From assembly GCF_000025945.1 (NCBI RefSeq), contig NC_006138.1:3210001-3242000 (forward strand): a stretch of 32,000 nucleotides of DNA. Reading direction: 5' to 3'. Within the stretch, counting starts at the first letter, position 1; the number at the start of each line of letters is the position of its first letter. Below, one piece after another: positions 9,278-17,252 of this stretch. The notes beneath the pieces are model-generated. The model was not told where the DNA came from and searched no databases. It saw only the letters and a list, made by a program, of their open reading frames with translations. Both the position numbers and the translations under genes were made by a program. This stretch comes from Desulfotalea psychrophila LSv54. Lineage in GTDB: Bacteria > Desulfobacterota > Desulfobulbia > Desulfobulbales > Desulfocapsaceae.

Positions 9278-9514
9278 CTTCGGTTTGAATTGTTTCGATT
9301 TTACTCATTCATTGGCCAATATTCATTTTCTTTTACTCAAAAGAAAGGAGCCCTGCCACTACGGTCTTCGGCAGTGCGCCTCAAGTCCCACGAGAGGTTA
9401 AGATGGCTCGCTCAAACAAGTCAAACTCCTCTCGCGCAAATTTTCCCGCTGCTCAGCTCCGGACCAATGGAGATCGCCCAACCAAATTCAGTGCCATTAG
9501 TACATGGGCTTCCC

Positions 9515-9934
9515 CTTGGTATGGATCTGAATTCACCATCTCCTCAAGGTTTTGCCCTGTCTACATCTGTATATTGTCCGCCAACTCGGGTTTTCAGGTC
9601 GTCTACATATGTATATTGTCTCTTTCTTCGGTGTTTCGGGCTTTATACATTTGTATATTGTCTCTTGCTTCGGTGTTTCAGCCTTTATACATTTGTATAT
9701 TGTCTCTTTCCTCGGAGTTTCAGGCTTTATACATCTGTATCTTGCTCGACTACTCAAGTTTTTGAGCTTTATACGTTTGTTCACGCCCCGCCCCCTCAAT
9801 GTTTTGCCCTTTGTCTCTCTATATATTGCTCGATTACTCAGGTTTTCAGGCCTTGCCCATCTGGATATTGTCCGTTTCAGCAAAATTCCGGGCCTTACCT
9901 CAACAGGTGCGAGGTTTCAATCCACGCTCCCGTA
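9515..9934 (+). repeat. Non-coding tandem array 1: about 9-10 units with an exact 42-bp period; best-conserved units 9599-9724
   Basis: I phased the units by hand at 9557, 9599, 9641, 9683, 9725, 9767, 9809, 9851 and 9893. The consensus of the central units is CTTTATACATTTGTATATTGTCTCTTTCTTCGGTGTTTCRGG. Similarity decays toward both ends. Each well-preserved unit contains the inverted repeat TATACA-TT-TGTATA, or TACATATGTA. Confidence 0.9.
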
Positions 9935-10005
9935 AAGGAGAGTACACCAAGCTGTAAGCTATAAGCTGTCAGCTTCTTTCCAATCCACCCTCCCGTGAAG
10001 GAGCG
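9913..10005 (+). repeat. Copies d and c of the tail motif flanking an AGCT hairpin
   Basis: GGTTTCAATCCACGCTCCCGTAAAGGAGAG (9913-9942), then AAGCTGTAAGCTATAAGCTGTCAGCTT (9949-9975), then CTTCTTTCCAATCCACCCTCCCGTGAAGGAGCG (9973-10005). Confidence 0.6.
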
Positions 10006-10197
10006 ATTCTCAGGCTTACTGAGAAGGAAATACTTCGCGGCCAGGGCGGGGCCATCATTGCTGTTTTAGGAAGTGGAGAAATCTGGTATCTTGTTCCCCG
10101 AGTAGGCTATCGATATTCCCCACTCACAACAAAACTGTTTGTTTTCAATGCATTATACTTATCCCCACCCAGAGCACCGGCAGGTTAGAAGAGAGTC

Positions 10198-12480
10198 ATG
10201 AAAAGAAAAATTGAATTATTGGCACCGGGCGGAGACATTGACTCCATCAAGGCGGCCATTATAGCCGGAGCAGATGCTATCTACTGTGGTCTGGACAAGT
10301 TTAACGCCAGAAACCGGGCAGAAAATATAGGCATTGAAGAGCTGAATGGAATCTTAAGGCTTGCCCATAAGAACAGCTGTGAGATCTTCCTCACCCTCAA
10401 TATCATCATCATCGAGAGTGAAATACCCACCCTGATAAACCTCCTGAACAAACTGGTTAACACCGGCTTAGATGGTATTATTGTCCAGGATTTTGGAGCC
10501 TTTTACCTGCTCGAAAAATATTTCCCCAGCCTGAAGATCCACGCCTCCACCCAACTGACAAGCCATAATGAGGGGCAGATAAAATTTCTAAAGCGGCTTA
10601 CGGCTACCCGAGTCAATCTCTGCCGCGAGTTGAACCTGAATGAGATAAAAAGCTTAGCCAGAACGGGACATGAGCACGACCTCTTAACAGAGGTATTTGT
10701 CCATGGAGCAAATTGCATCTGCTTTTCAGGTATCTGCTACCTCAGCTCCGTTCTAGGCGGCAACTCCGGCAATCGGGGCAGATGTAGTCAGCCATGCAGG
10801 GACCAATATCTAACTACCGTCAGGGCTAAAAACTTTCCCCTGAACCTTAAGGATAATTCAGCATATGCTGACCTGGCGGAGCTGGCAGAGGCCGGGGTGG
10901 ACTCCATAAAGATCGAGGGAAGAATAAAAAAGTTTCACTATGTGCACACGGTGGTCAACTCCTGGCGGCAACAGCTCCGGAGGCTGAGCAACAAGGAAGA
11001 ACTGCTAAAAGACGATGAAAATCTGCACAGGGTCTTTAATCGGGGCTTTTCCAATGCCTTTCTTAAAGGGGATATTAATAGGAATATGTTTATTGATAAC
11101 CCCAGAGATAACTCTGCCCTCCATCTTGCGGAGATATACGGCGGTGCCAGCGATGAGAATGTAACAAGGGCCAAGAAAGAACTCTATGATCTGAAAACAG
11201 AGATCATAAATGATGTCAGGACGAGAATAGATCAACTCAGCATTGAAAGGGCGCCCTTAACAATAAGCGTTTCCGGAAAGGTTGGAGCCCAATTAAAGGT
11301 ATCTGTCACGACTCCTGATACCAGTTTCACCCTCTACTCAACGACTGAGCTTGCCCAGACTGGCAGGGCCATCACGGCCATAGCCACAAAAAAGGGCAGG
11401 GCCAACCAGGTTCTTGATTACGAAATATTACTCTCCAGATTCAAGGCAGTAAACGATACGGAATATTTCATTGAAACCCTGGAACTGGACGCGCTTGAAG
11501 AGAATCTCTTTGTCCCCTTCAAGGAACTTACCTCCCTTAAGAGCCAGCTCCTCTTCAAACTCAATGGAGAACGGGCGCATCATGCTCCCATTGATCTGCC
11601 CCGCTTAAAAAAACATGATGACAAAACAGAGAGGCCCTGCCTCTCCCTCTTGATCTCCTCCGCAGAGGATATCCATCTCTGCCGGGAGACTTCGGCGGAT
11701 GTTTACTTTCAACTACCCAGTAATTTCAAAAACAGCTTGGTAAAATTTATTGATCTCTTTTGCCAAAACGATAAACTGATCCCCTGGTTCCCCTCCATCC
11801 TGATAGGAGATGACTACCGTACTGCGGTGGAATTTCTTGAGCGAGTCAAACCAAAGGGTATTGTCACGGATAATACAGGAATAGCCCTTGCCGCCTATGA
11901 GCGAGGGATTAAGTGGGTAGCAGGCCCCCATCTCAATACGGTGAACTCTTTTAGCCTCCTCTCTTTAAAGGAAAAGTTTAACTGTTCCGGGGCGTTTATC
12001 TCAAATGAGATTAACGGGAGACAGATAAAAGCCATAAAAAGGCCCGAGGGATTTGACCTCTACTACAGCATCTATCACCCCATCCTCCTCCTCACCAGCA
12101 GACAGTGCCTCTTTCAACAGATCACGGGCTGTGCAAAAAAGAGGATGGACGAGAGCTGCATAGAGGGCTGCGAAAAAACCGCCTCGATTTCCAATCTGAA
12201 AGATGGCACCATCTTCATTGAAAAATCAAAGGGCAACTACCACCATGCCTACCATGAGACTCATTTCCTCAATACGGATATAGCAACTGACACAGAGGGG
12301 CTCTTTACCAGTCTCTTTATTGATCTGCGGGACATAGAGACCAAAACAGAGAGGGCGGTGGATAAGATCGACCTGATAAGGCTTTTTGCAGATCATCTCA
12401 ATGATAAGGCCGATTCAGCAGAAATACTGAAAAGGAACATCTCCCCCACAACCTGTCACCAGTATACAAGGGGCCTTTAG
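10198..12480 (+). CDS. Peptidase U32 family protein, long (760 aa) form
   Basis: N-terminus MKRKIELLAPGGDIDSIKAAIIAGADAIYCGL..FNAR, then HASTQ, E..VHG, and the cysteine motif CICFSGICYLSSVLGGNSGNRGRCSQPC (CX6CX15CX3C) characteristic of U32 proteins. Confidence 0.9.
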   Translation: MKRKIELLAPGGDIDSIKAAIIAGADAIYCGLDKFNARNRAENIGIEELNGILRLAHKNSCEIFLTLNIIIIESEIPTLINLLNKLVNTGLDGIIVQDFGAFYLLEKYFPSLKIHASTQLTSHNEGQIKFLKRLTATRVNLCRELNLNEIKSLARTGHEHDLLTEVFVHGANCICFSGICYLSSVLGGNSGNRGRCSQPCRDQYLTTVRAKNFPLNLKDNSAYADLAELAEAGVDSIKIEGRIKKFHYVHTVVNSWRQQLRRLSNKEELLKDDENLHRVFNRGFSNAFLKGDINRNMFIDNPRDNSALHLAEIYGGASDENVTRAKKELYDLKTEIINDVRTRIDQLSIERAPLTISVSGKVGAQLKVSVTTPDTSFTLYSTTELAQTGRAITAIATKKGRANQVLDYEILLSRFKAVNDTEYFIETLELDALEENLFVPFKELTSLKSQLLFKLNGERAHHAPIDLPRLKKHDDKTERPCLSLLISSAEDIHLCRETSADVYFQLPSNFKNSLVKFIDLFCQNDKLIPWFPSILIGDDYRTAVEFLERVKPKGIVTDNTGIALAAYERGIKWVAGPHLNTVNSFSLLSLKEKFNCSGAFISNEINGRQIKAIKRPEGFDLYYSIYHPILLLTSRQCLFQQITGCAKKRMDESCIEGCEKTASISNLKDGTIFIEKSKGNYHHAYHETHFLNTDIATDTEGLFTSLFIDLRDIETKTERAVDKIDLIRLFADHLNDKADSAEILKRNISPTTCHQYTRGL

Positions 12481-12575
12481 GAAAGCTGAAGTAGCATCAG
12501 ACCAGGATTTCCAATCGATTTGCCCATTGCCAGCGCAAAAATCCAAAAAAATCTTTCGGCAAAACCTTGCTTGGC

Positions 12576-12611
12576 ATGATAGCTTAAAAGTAGCAGAATT
12601 TAAGCTATCAT
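12576..12611. other. Perfect 13-bp inverted repeat in the U32/DUF748 intergenic region
   Basis: ATGATAGCTTAAA (12576-12588), a 10-nt loop, then TTTAAGCTATCAT (12599-12611). No T-run follows. Confidence 0.7.
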
Positions 12612-12668
12612 AAACTTCAGAACCCTTATGTTTTCCGCTTATAAATATATTTTTCGAGTCAGGTGCTT

Positions 12669-15600
12669 ATGAATTTTTCTATTAAGAAGAGCAAGGAAAG
12701 GCTACTTACGGCATGGGGAAAACGGGGTGTCCGTGTAGGCGTTTCTATTGCCACTGTTTTTTTATTGTTTGTACTCCTATTGCCCTTTGCAGTGAAACAG
12801 GGCGTACAGTGGTGGCTGGTGAAAAATGGTGCAGCGGAGGCTGTCATCTCGTCACTTTCGCTTAATCTCTTCACCGGCACCTTACATGTTAAAGGCGTGG
12901 ACGTACAGGGTGCACAGAAGATGCTTTTTGCAACCGATGGTTCGGGGCTTAAATTTGACATTTTAGGCCTGTTTGGTAAAGAGATACATATCGAAAGGAC
13001 CTATTATGACCATGTCACCATTCAGGTAAAACAGGAGGAAGATGGGCAGTGGAAAATTGCCTCATACACAACCCCCGAACAAAAAGAGAATAAACCAATC
13101 GAGGAGAGTAAGGGGTCGGATTGGACCATCCTCGTCGATGATGTGCATATTACCAACTCCTCAGTTGAATTTATAAGCCCCACCTTTTCAACAGTAGTCA
13201 CCATTGATGATGCGCAACTGACAAATTTTTCAACAGCAGCGGCTGCTGCTCCCGCTGATTTTCATTTCAAGGGTAAAATTGATAAGACACCGCTTGTTCT
13301 CGAAGCTGGAAAGTTACGGGTTCTACCTGATCTGATGGTGGCGGGGCAGATTAATTTGCTGGATTTTGATACGGCAAGCTTATCACCCCTATTAGTAGGA
13401 CAGTTAGAAAAGATTGCAGGGCTGTTCTCCATGGCTGGTCAGTTTAAATTTGAGATGAAGAGTGATACGACAGCTTTTCGATACGATGGTGATGTTAATC
13501 TAGCCAAAACTCATCTGAAAATGAAGGATATAAACTACCTGTCTGATCATACCCATTGGTCAGGAACTGTGGATGCGAAAAACGAATGGAGCCAGTTTAT
13601 TATAGATGGCGCACTGCTTCTTGATGGCATTGCCCTGGATCTCACCCAACAATCACTTTCTGTGGATAATAAGCATCTCTCTTTTAAGGGTAAAACAAAA
13701 GTCCATCTCGTTGAGAAAGGTGTCGTTCTTACCAGCGATTCAACCCTGATCTCAGATGGTATAATAGTAAAACAGACAGGGACAATTTATGGACATAAAC
13801 ATTTAAAGTGGCAGGGTACACTGGGAAATAAGCAGGATGCGCAACATTATCTTATTGATGGCGATCTCACCCTTGGTGGAATGAATATTAAAATGGCTGA
13901 TTCTGGCTTGGCACTTACCAATCAAGATGTTCAGTTTGCTGGTTCCACCGATATTGATTTGAGTTCGGCCTTGCAGATTACTCATAGGGGAAGTTTTGTC
14001 AGTAAAGGGTTTAAGGTTCTTGTAGGTGAAATGGATTATGGCCATGACCAGCTCACCTGGAAGGGGAACATTAGCCATAAAAATGGCATCCTTACGACCA
14101 GTTCTAGCAAAGGCACACTTCAACTCGAAAATATTTCATACTCACAGGCAGGAGCTTCCCCGCTCAAGGTGCATCTCAAGAACACCAGTTGGGCTGGGAC
14201 CCTCTCCTATTCTCCAGTGCAAGATGATATCTTTGCCTCCCTGGCACTTGCCGGCAAGGTAAACGCCAAGGGTTTTGCATATGCTCTCCCTGGCACTATG
14301 CCTCTGGATATAGGCCTTGCAAGTATTGCCTGCAATGATTTATCGGTTGGACGTGATGGTGTGCATCTTGGCACCTCACTCATAGACGGCCTTAGCATCT
14401 ACTCTCCTATTGCCAAAAGGATGGCACTGGAACTGCAAAAGATTACACTCACTGAAAGTACTGTCACACCAAAATATATGGTCTCCTCAAGGGCGGGAAG
14501 CTTTGCCGGGTTCCAGCTGTTTCCTGTTGACAAAAAAGATCAGCATAATGGAGAGTTGGAAGCCTTAACCTTTACTGGTTTCTCCTGGTCTCCTCAATCC
14601 GGAGTTGAGCTAAAAGGGTTGGTTGCTCAGGCATTGTCTCTTGAACTGGAGAGGGATACAAAGGGAGATCTTAACTTAGCCAAGTTGATAGCAAGTCTGA
14701 AAGATATTGAGAGTAAAGTAGATGGAGGTCAGACTGGCGAAGAAGTTCATAGGGAAGTCCCTGCCCAAGGAATCCAGAAATCTACTCCAGGCGTTAAGGT
14801 CGATAAAATTGAGTTAGTGGGCGACAACAAGATCCTATTCACCGACCATACCTTACTTGTTCCCTATCGTAGTGAAACAGTCTTTAAGAAGTTCCTTATT
14901 GAAAATATCGATACCTTGAATGCAAAGCAGGATACCTTGATAACGGTGGAGGCACTCCTCGAAAAACGTGCCCCGTTCACCCTTTCAGGTAAAATACGAC
15001 CATTTACAAAAAAGCCTGAAGAGAGCGTATCTGCCCAGTTGCAATTCAAGTTACGAAATTATCCTTTACGTAACCTCTCTCCCTATCTGGTGCAGGCGGT
15101 AGGTACGGGACTGGAGAGTGGACAGTTGAAGTTGCAAGGTACCTTTAAATTGGAAAAGGGTGAGGTTGATATTGAAAATAAACTGCTCTTTAAAAAGTTG
15201 GTTACTAAAGCCGTGGCACCAGAACTGGCAAAGCAACTCGACAATAAACTTCCCGTACCCTTAAACACAGCTCTTGGTTTGTTGAGAGATAGTGATGACA
15301 ATATCGCGCTCAGTATTCCGATCAGTGGACCCATTGACAAACTGGATTTTAACCTCACTAACATCTTTATAACAGCCCTCAGTAAGGCTGTTGTGCCTGC
15401 CGCCAGTTCTTATCTGATGTATGCCCTTGGGCCCTACGGCGCTCTTGCCTATGTGGGGATGAAGATTGGGCAGAATATCTTAGAAGTACATTTGCCACCG
15501 GTAAACTTTGTTAAGGGTGAAGAGAAGCTGAGCGTGGATCAGAAAGATTATCTGCAGAGAATCGGTAAGATCGTTAAAGAGGGCAAGGCAAATTCTGACC

Positions 15601-15839
15601 TTCAGGTTGTTCCCGTGACTAATGTTGCCCTTGAGCTTGGCCGAGAAGGTCAATTGGTGGCCGATTTATCTCAAGAGCAGCGTCAAAAAATGCTTAAACT
15701 AGGCCAGCTCAGAGCACAGATTATCCAAAAGTATCTGGTGGAGAAACAAGGCGTTGCTGCAGGAAAGGTGCTACTTTCCGTCACCAGGTTAGAAGATGGT
15801 TCGGCTTCTTCTCGGGTTGAACTACAACCAGAAGAGTAG
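12669..15839 (+). CDS. Large envelope protein, DUF748 / AsmA-like family (N-terminal membrane anchor, long beta-rich body)
   Basis: One N-terminal TM segment (VGVSIATVFLLFVLLLPFAV). It is followed by the pattern I associate with DUF748/AsmA-like proteins (..WLVKNGAAEAVISSLSLNLFTGTLHVKGVDV..). The body is long, repetitive and low in hydrophobicity. ATG at 12669 (GTG at 12663 also possible). Confidence 0.68.
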   Translation: MNFSIKKSKERLLTAWGKRGVRVGVSIATVFLLFVLLLPFAVKQGVQWWLVKNGAAEAVISSLSLNLFTGTLHVKGVDVQGAQKMLFATDGSGLKFDILGLFGKEIHIERTYYDHVTIQVKQEEDGQWKIASYTTPEQKENKPIEESKGSDWTILVDDVHITNSSVEFISPTFSTVVTIDDAQLTNFSTAAAAAPADFHFKGKIDKTPLVLEAGKLRVLPDLMVAGQINLLDFDTASLSPLLVGQLEKIAGLFSMAGQFKFEMKSDTTAFRYDGDVNLAKTHLKMKDINYLSDHTHWSGTVDAKNEWSQFIIDGALLLDGIALDLTQQSLSVDNKHLSFKGKTKVHLVEKGVVLTSDSTLISDGIIVKQTGTIYGHKHLKWQGTLGNKQDAQHYLIDGDLTLGGMNIKMADSGLALTNQDVQFAGSTDIDLSSALQITHRGSFVSKGFKVLVGEMDYGHDQLTWKGNISHKNGILTTSSSKGTLQLENISYSQAGASPLKVHLKNTSWAGTLSYSPVQDDIFASLALAGKVNAKGFAYALPGTMPLDIGLASIACNDLSVGRDGVHLGTSLIDGLSIYSPIAKRMALELQKITLTESTVTPKYMVSSRAGSFAGFQLFPVDKKDQHNGELEALTFTGFSWSPQSGVELKGLVAQALSLELERDTKGDLNLAKLIASLKDIESKVDGGQTGEEVHREVPAQGIQKSTPGVKVDKIELVGDNKILFTDHTLLVPYRSETVFKKFLIENIDTLNAKQDTLITVEALLEKRAPFTLSGKIRPFTKKPEESVSAQLQFKLRNYPLRNLSPYLVQAVGTGLESGQLKLQGTFKLEKGEVDIENKLLFKKLVTKAVAPELAKQLDNKLPVPLNTALGLLRDSDDNIALSIPISGPIDKLDFNLTNIFITALSKAVVPAASSYLMYALGPYGALAYVGMKIGQNILEVHLPPVNFVKGEEKLSVDQKDYLQRIGKIVKEGKANSDLQVVPVTNVALELGREGQLVADLSQEQRQKMLKLGQLRAQIIQKYLVEKQGVAAGKVLLSVTRLEDGSASSRVELQPEE

Positions 15840-15851
15840 CGTGTCGGAGAA

Positions 15852-17252
15852 CTATTTTTGTAACTTTTCAAGCATGGTAAGAAGCAGTTCATTAAAGGCC
15901 TGTTGCGCTGCTTCACCTTGATCTATCTTCTGCTTTGTTGTGCAGTTAAAGAATTTCTTACAGAGTGTAAGCTCTGCCCTTGACCACTCTTGGGTGAAAT
16001 TATGCTTTGCCAGTTCTGGTAAATTGCTTTCAGATGACAGAGAGTCCCGTCTGCCATGGGCCCAGTTGACAATCTGTTGGTAAAAAAGAAAAGAACGATT
16101 GAGCAGAATAAAGAGAAGCCTAATGTCTTTAGCAGGACCTATTGAGATCGTTTCATTGGCTATCCGTATACCCTTTATGGTGGAACTTTTTTCTATTGCC
16201 TTTTGTCCGGTGAAGAGAGCAGCCACGGCCCCACCTGCACTAGCCGCTGCGGTAAAAATCCCAAAGGTGAGTCCGGCAAAGGCAAGGTCAATTCCAGCGC
16301 CTAAACCTGCACCGCTGAGACCACCCAGGAGCATACATTGCTTTTTGCTTAGCCCTAATAACTGCCAATTTTTCGCAGTGAAAAGATTATCGCTGAGTAA
16401 AGGGTTAGGCGGGAGAGTGTAGTTGTAAATATTATGCTTATAAAGATCACGCAATCTGCTCTGCGCAGTTTTCTCCATCTGCTCTAACTGCTTTTTATAT
16501 CGATCAAAGAGATGGCGACGCGCAACATCTTCTCCTTCGTTTCCTCCGATCTTACCTTCTAAAGAGAAGCTCAGAGATTCTCCAAGCATCGTACTGATAA
16601 GTTCAGCTGCGCGCTGGGTGCGATCCTGCCAGTTTTGCTTAAAGGCAAGGAGTGCTCGCTGTAGCGGTTCCTGCCAGTCCTGTTCAATGGACTTAAGTGC
16701 TTCAAAGAGATGAATCCGTTCTCTGTATCCGGCATGGTGTGCATTGAACACCCTGTATGAGTTGAAAGTTTTTCTGAACTCATCTTTCCATATTTCCAGG
16801 TACTGACGGTTATCTTTGCAGTTGATTACCGCCATTCGTGGTCTCCCTGTTAAGCGTAAAATTTCAATTTCGCTCAGATCAACATTTTTTATTGGTCTTG
16901 ATCCATCCACAACATAGATTATACCAGCACCCCGTAAAAGTGGCTTGAGCAACTCAATGTCATGTTTCAGTTCGGGAATATCCTGTAATGATCTTACCAG
17001 AGTTTTGAGGTTTGCGGCCGGCGAGCCAGTACACTGTTTGAGCTCATAAAGGATTCTATTAGGGTTTTGAAATCCCGGTGTATCAGTGAAACGAAGAATA
17101 TCCTGATCGTCAATATTGATGACAAATGATTGGCAGAGAGTCGTCTCTCCGGGGCTGCTACTAATGCGTACAGAATCATCTTCTGCCAGAGTTGATAGAA
17201 CCGATGACTTCCCCTCGTTGGGATGTCCCATGATGGCAAATTCAGGAATCAT
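15852..17252 (-). CDS. P-loop GTPase with C-terminal DUF3482-like domain containing a Gly/Ala-rich hydrophobic segment
   Basis: G1 GHPNEGKS (aa 9-16), G3 DTPG (aa 57-60) and a G4-like NCKD (aa 144-147). The hydrophobic stretch LLGGLSGAGLGAGIDLAFAGLTFGIFTAAASAGGAVAALFTG spans about aa 308-349. The start ATG overlaps the upstream stop (ATGA at 17249-17252). The DUF3482 name is from memory. Confidence 0.8.
   Translation of the reverse strand: MIPEFAIMGHPNEGKSSVLSTLAEDDSVRISSSPGETTLCQSFVINIDDQDILRFTDTPGFQNPNRILYELKQCTGSPAANLKTLVRSLQDIPELKHDIELLKPLLRGAGIIYVVDGSRPIKNVDLSEIEILRLTGRPRMAVINCKDNRQYLEIWKDEFRKTFNSYRVFNAHHAGYRERIHLFEALKSIEQDWQEPLQRALLAFKQNWQDRTQRAAELISTMLGESLSFSLEGKIGGNEGEDVARRHLFDRYKKQLEQMEKTAQSRLRDLYKHNIYNYTLPPNPLLSDNLFTAKNWQLLGLSKKQCMLLGGLSGAGLGAGIDLAFAGLTFGIFTAAASAGGAVAALFTGQKAIEKSSTIKGIRIANETISIGPAKDIRLLFILLNRSFLFYQQIVNWAHGRRDSLSSESNLPELAKHNFTQEWSRAELTLCKKFFNCTTKQKIDQGEAAQQAFNELLLTMLEKLQK

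Noticed and set aside
9515-9934. 42-bp arrays as CRISPR arrays
   Set aside because: The period is too short, and the whole unit, not just half of it, is conserved between neighbouring copies. There are no unique spacers.
9905-9940. tRNA 3' fragment / integrase att site (GAGGTTTCAATCCACGCTCCC resembles a T-arm)
   Set aside because: The putative T-stem does not pair (GAGG / CCAC has an A-A mismatch). There is no acceptor stem or CCA context. No integrase or other mobile-element gene lies nearby.
9290-9964. ORFs of 116-224 aa on both strands across array 1 (9290-9964, 9403-9765, 9552-9935 plus strand; 9533-9883 minus strand)
   Set aside because: All of them are open only because the 42-bp (14-codon) repeat propagates stop-free frames. 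Three overlapping frames are open at once. The predicted peptides are Cys/Phe/Tyr-rich 14-mer repeats with no RBS and no recognisable fold.
9913-10005. Possible degenerate or orphan CRISPR array (two ~29-30-nt GTTTCAATCC..-type repeats spaced ~64 bp apart)
   Set aside because: There are only two imperfect copies. The would-be spacer is itself the AGCT palindrome, which recurs with the same tail at 4688-4740 and 9217-9277. No cas genes or leader are present. It is better explained as a dispersed hairpin+tail element.
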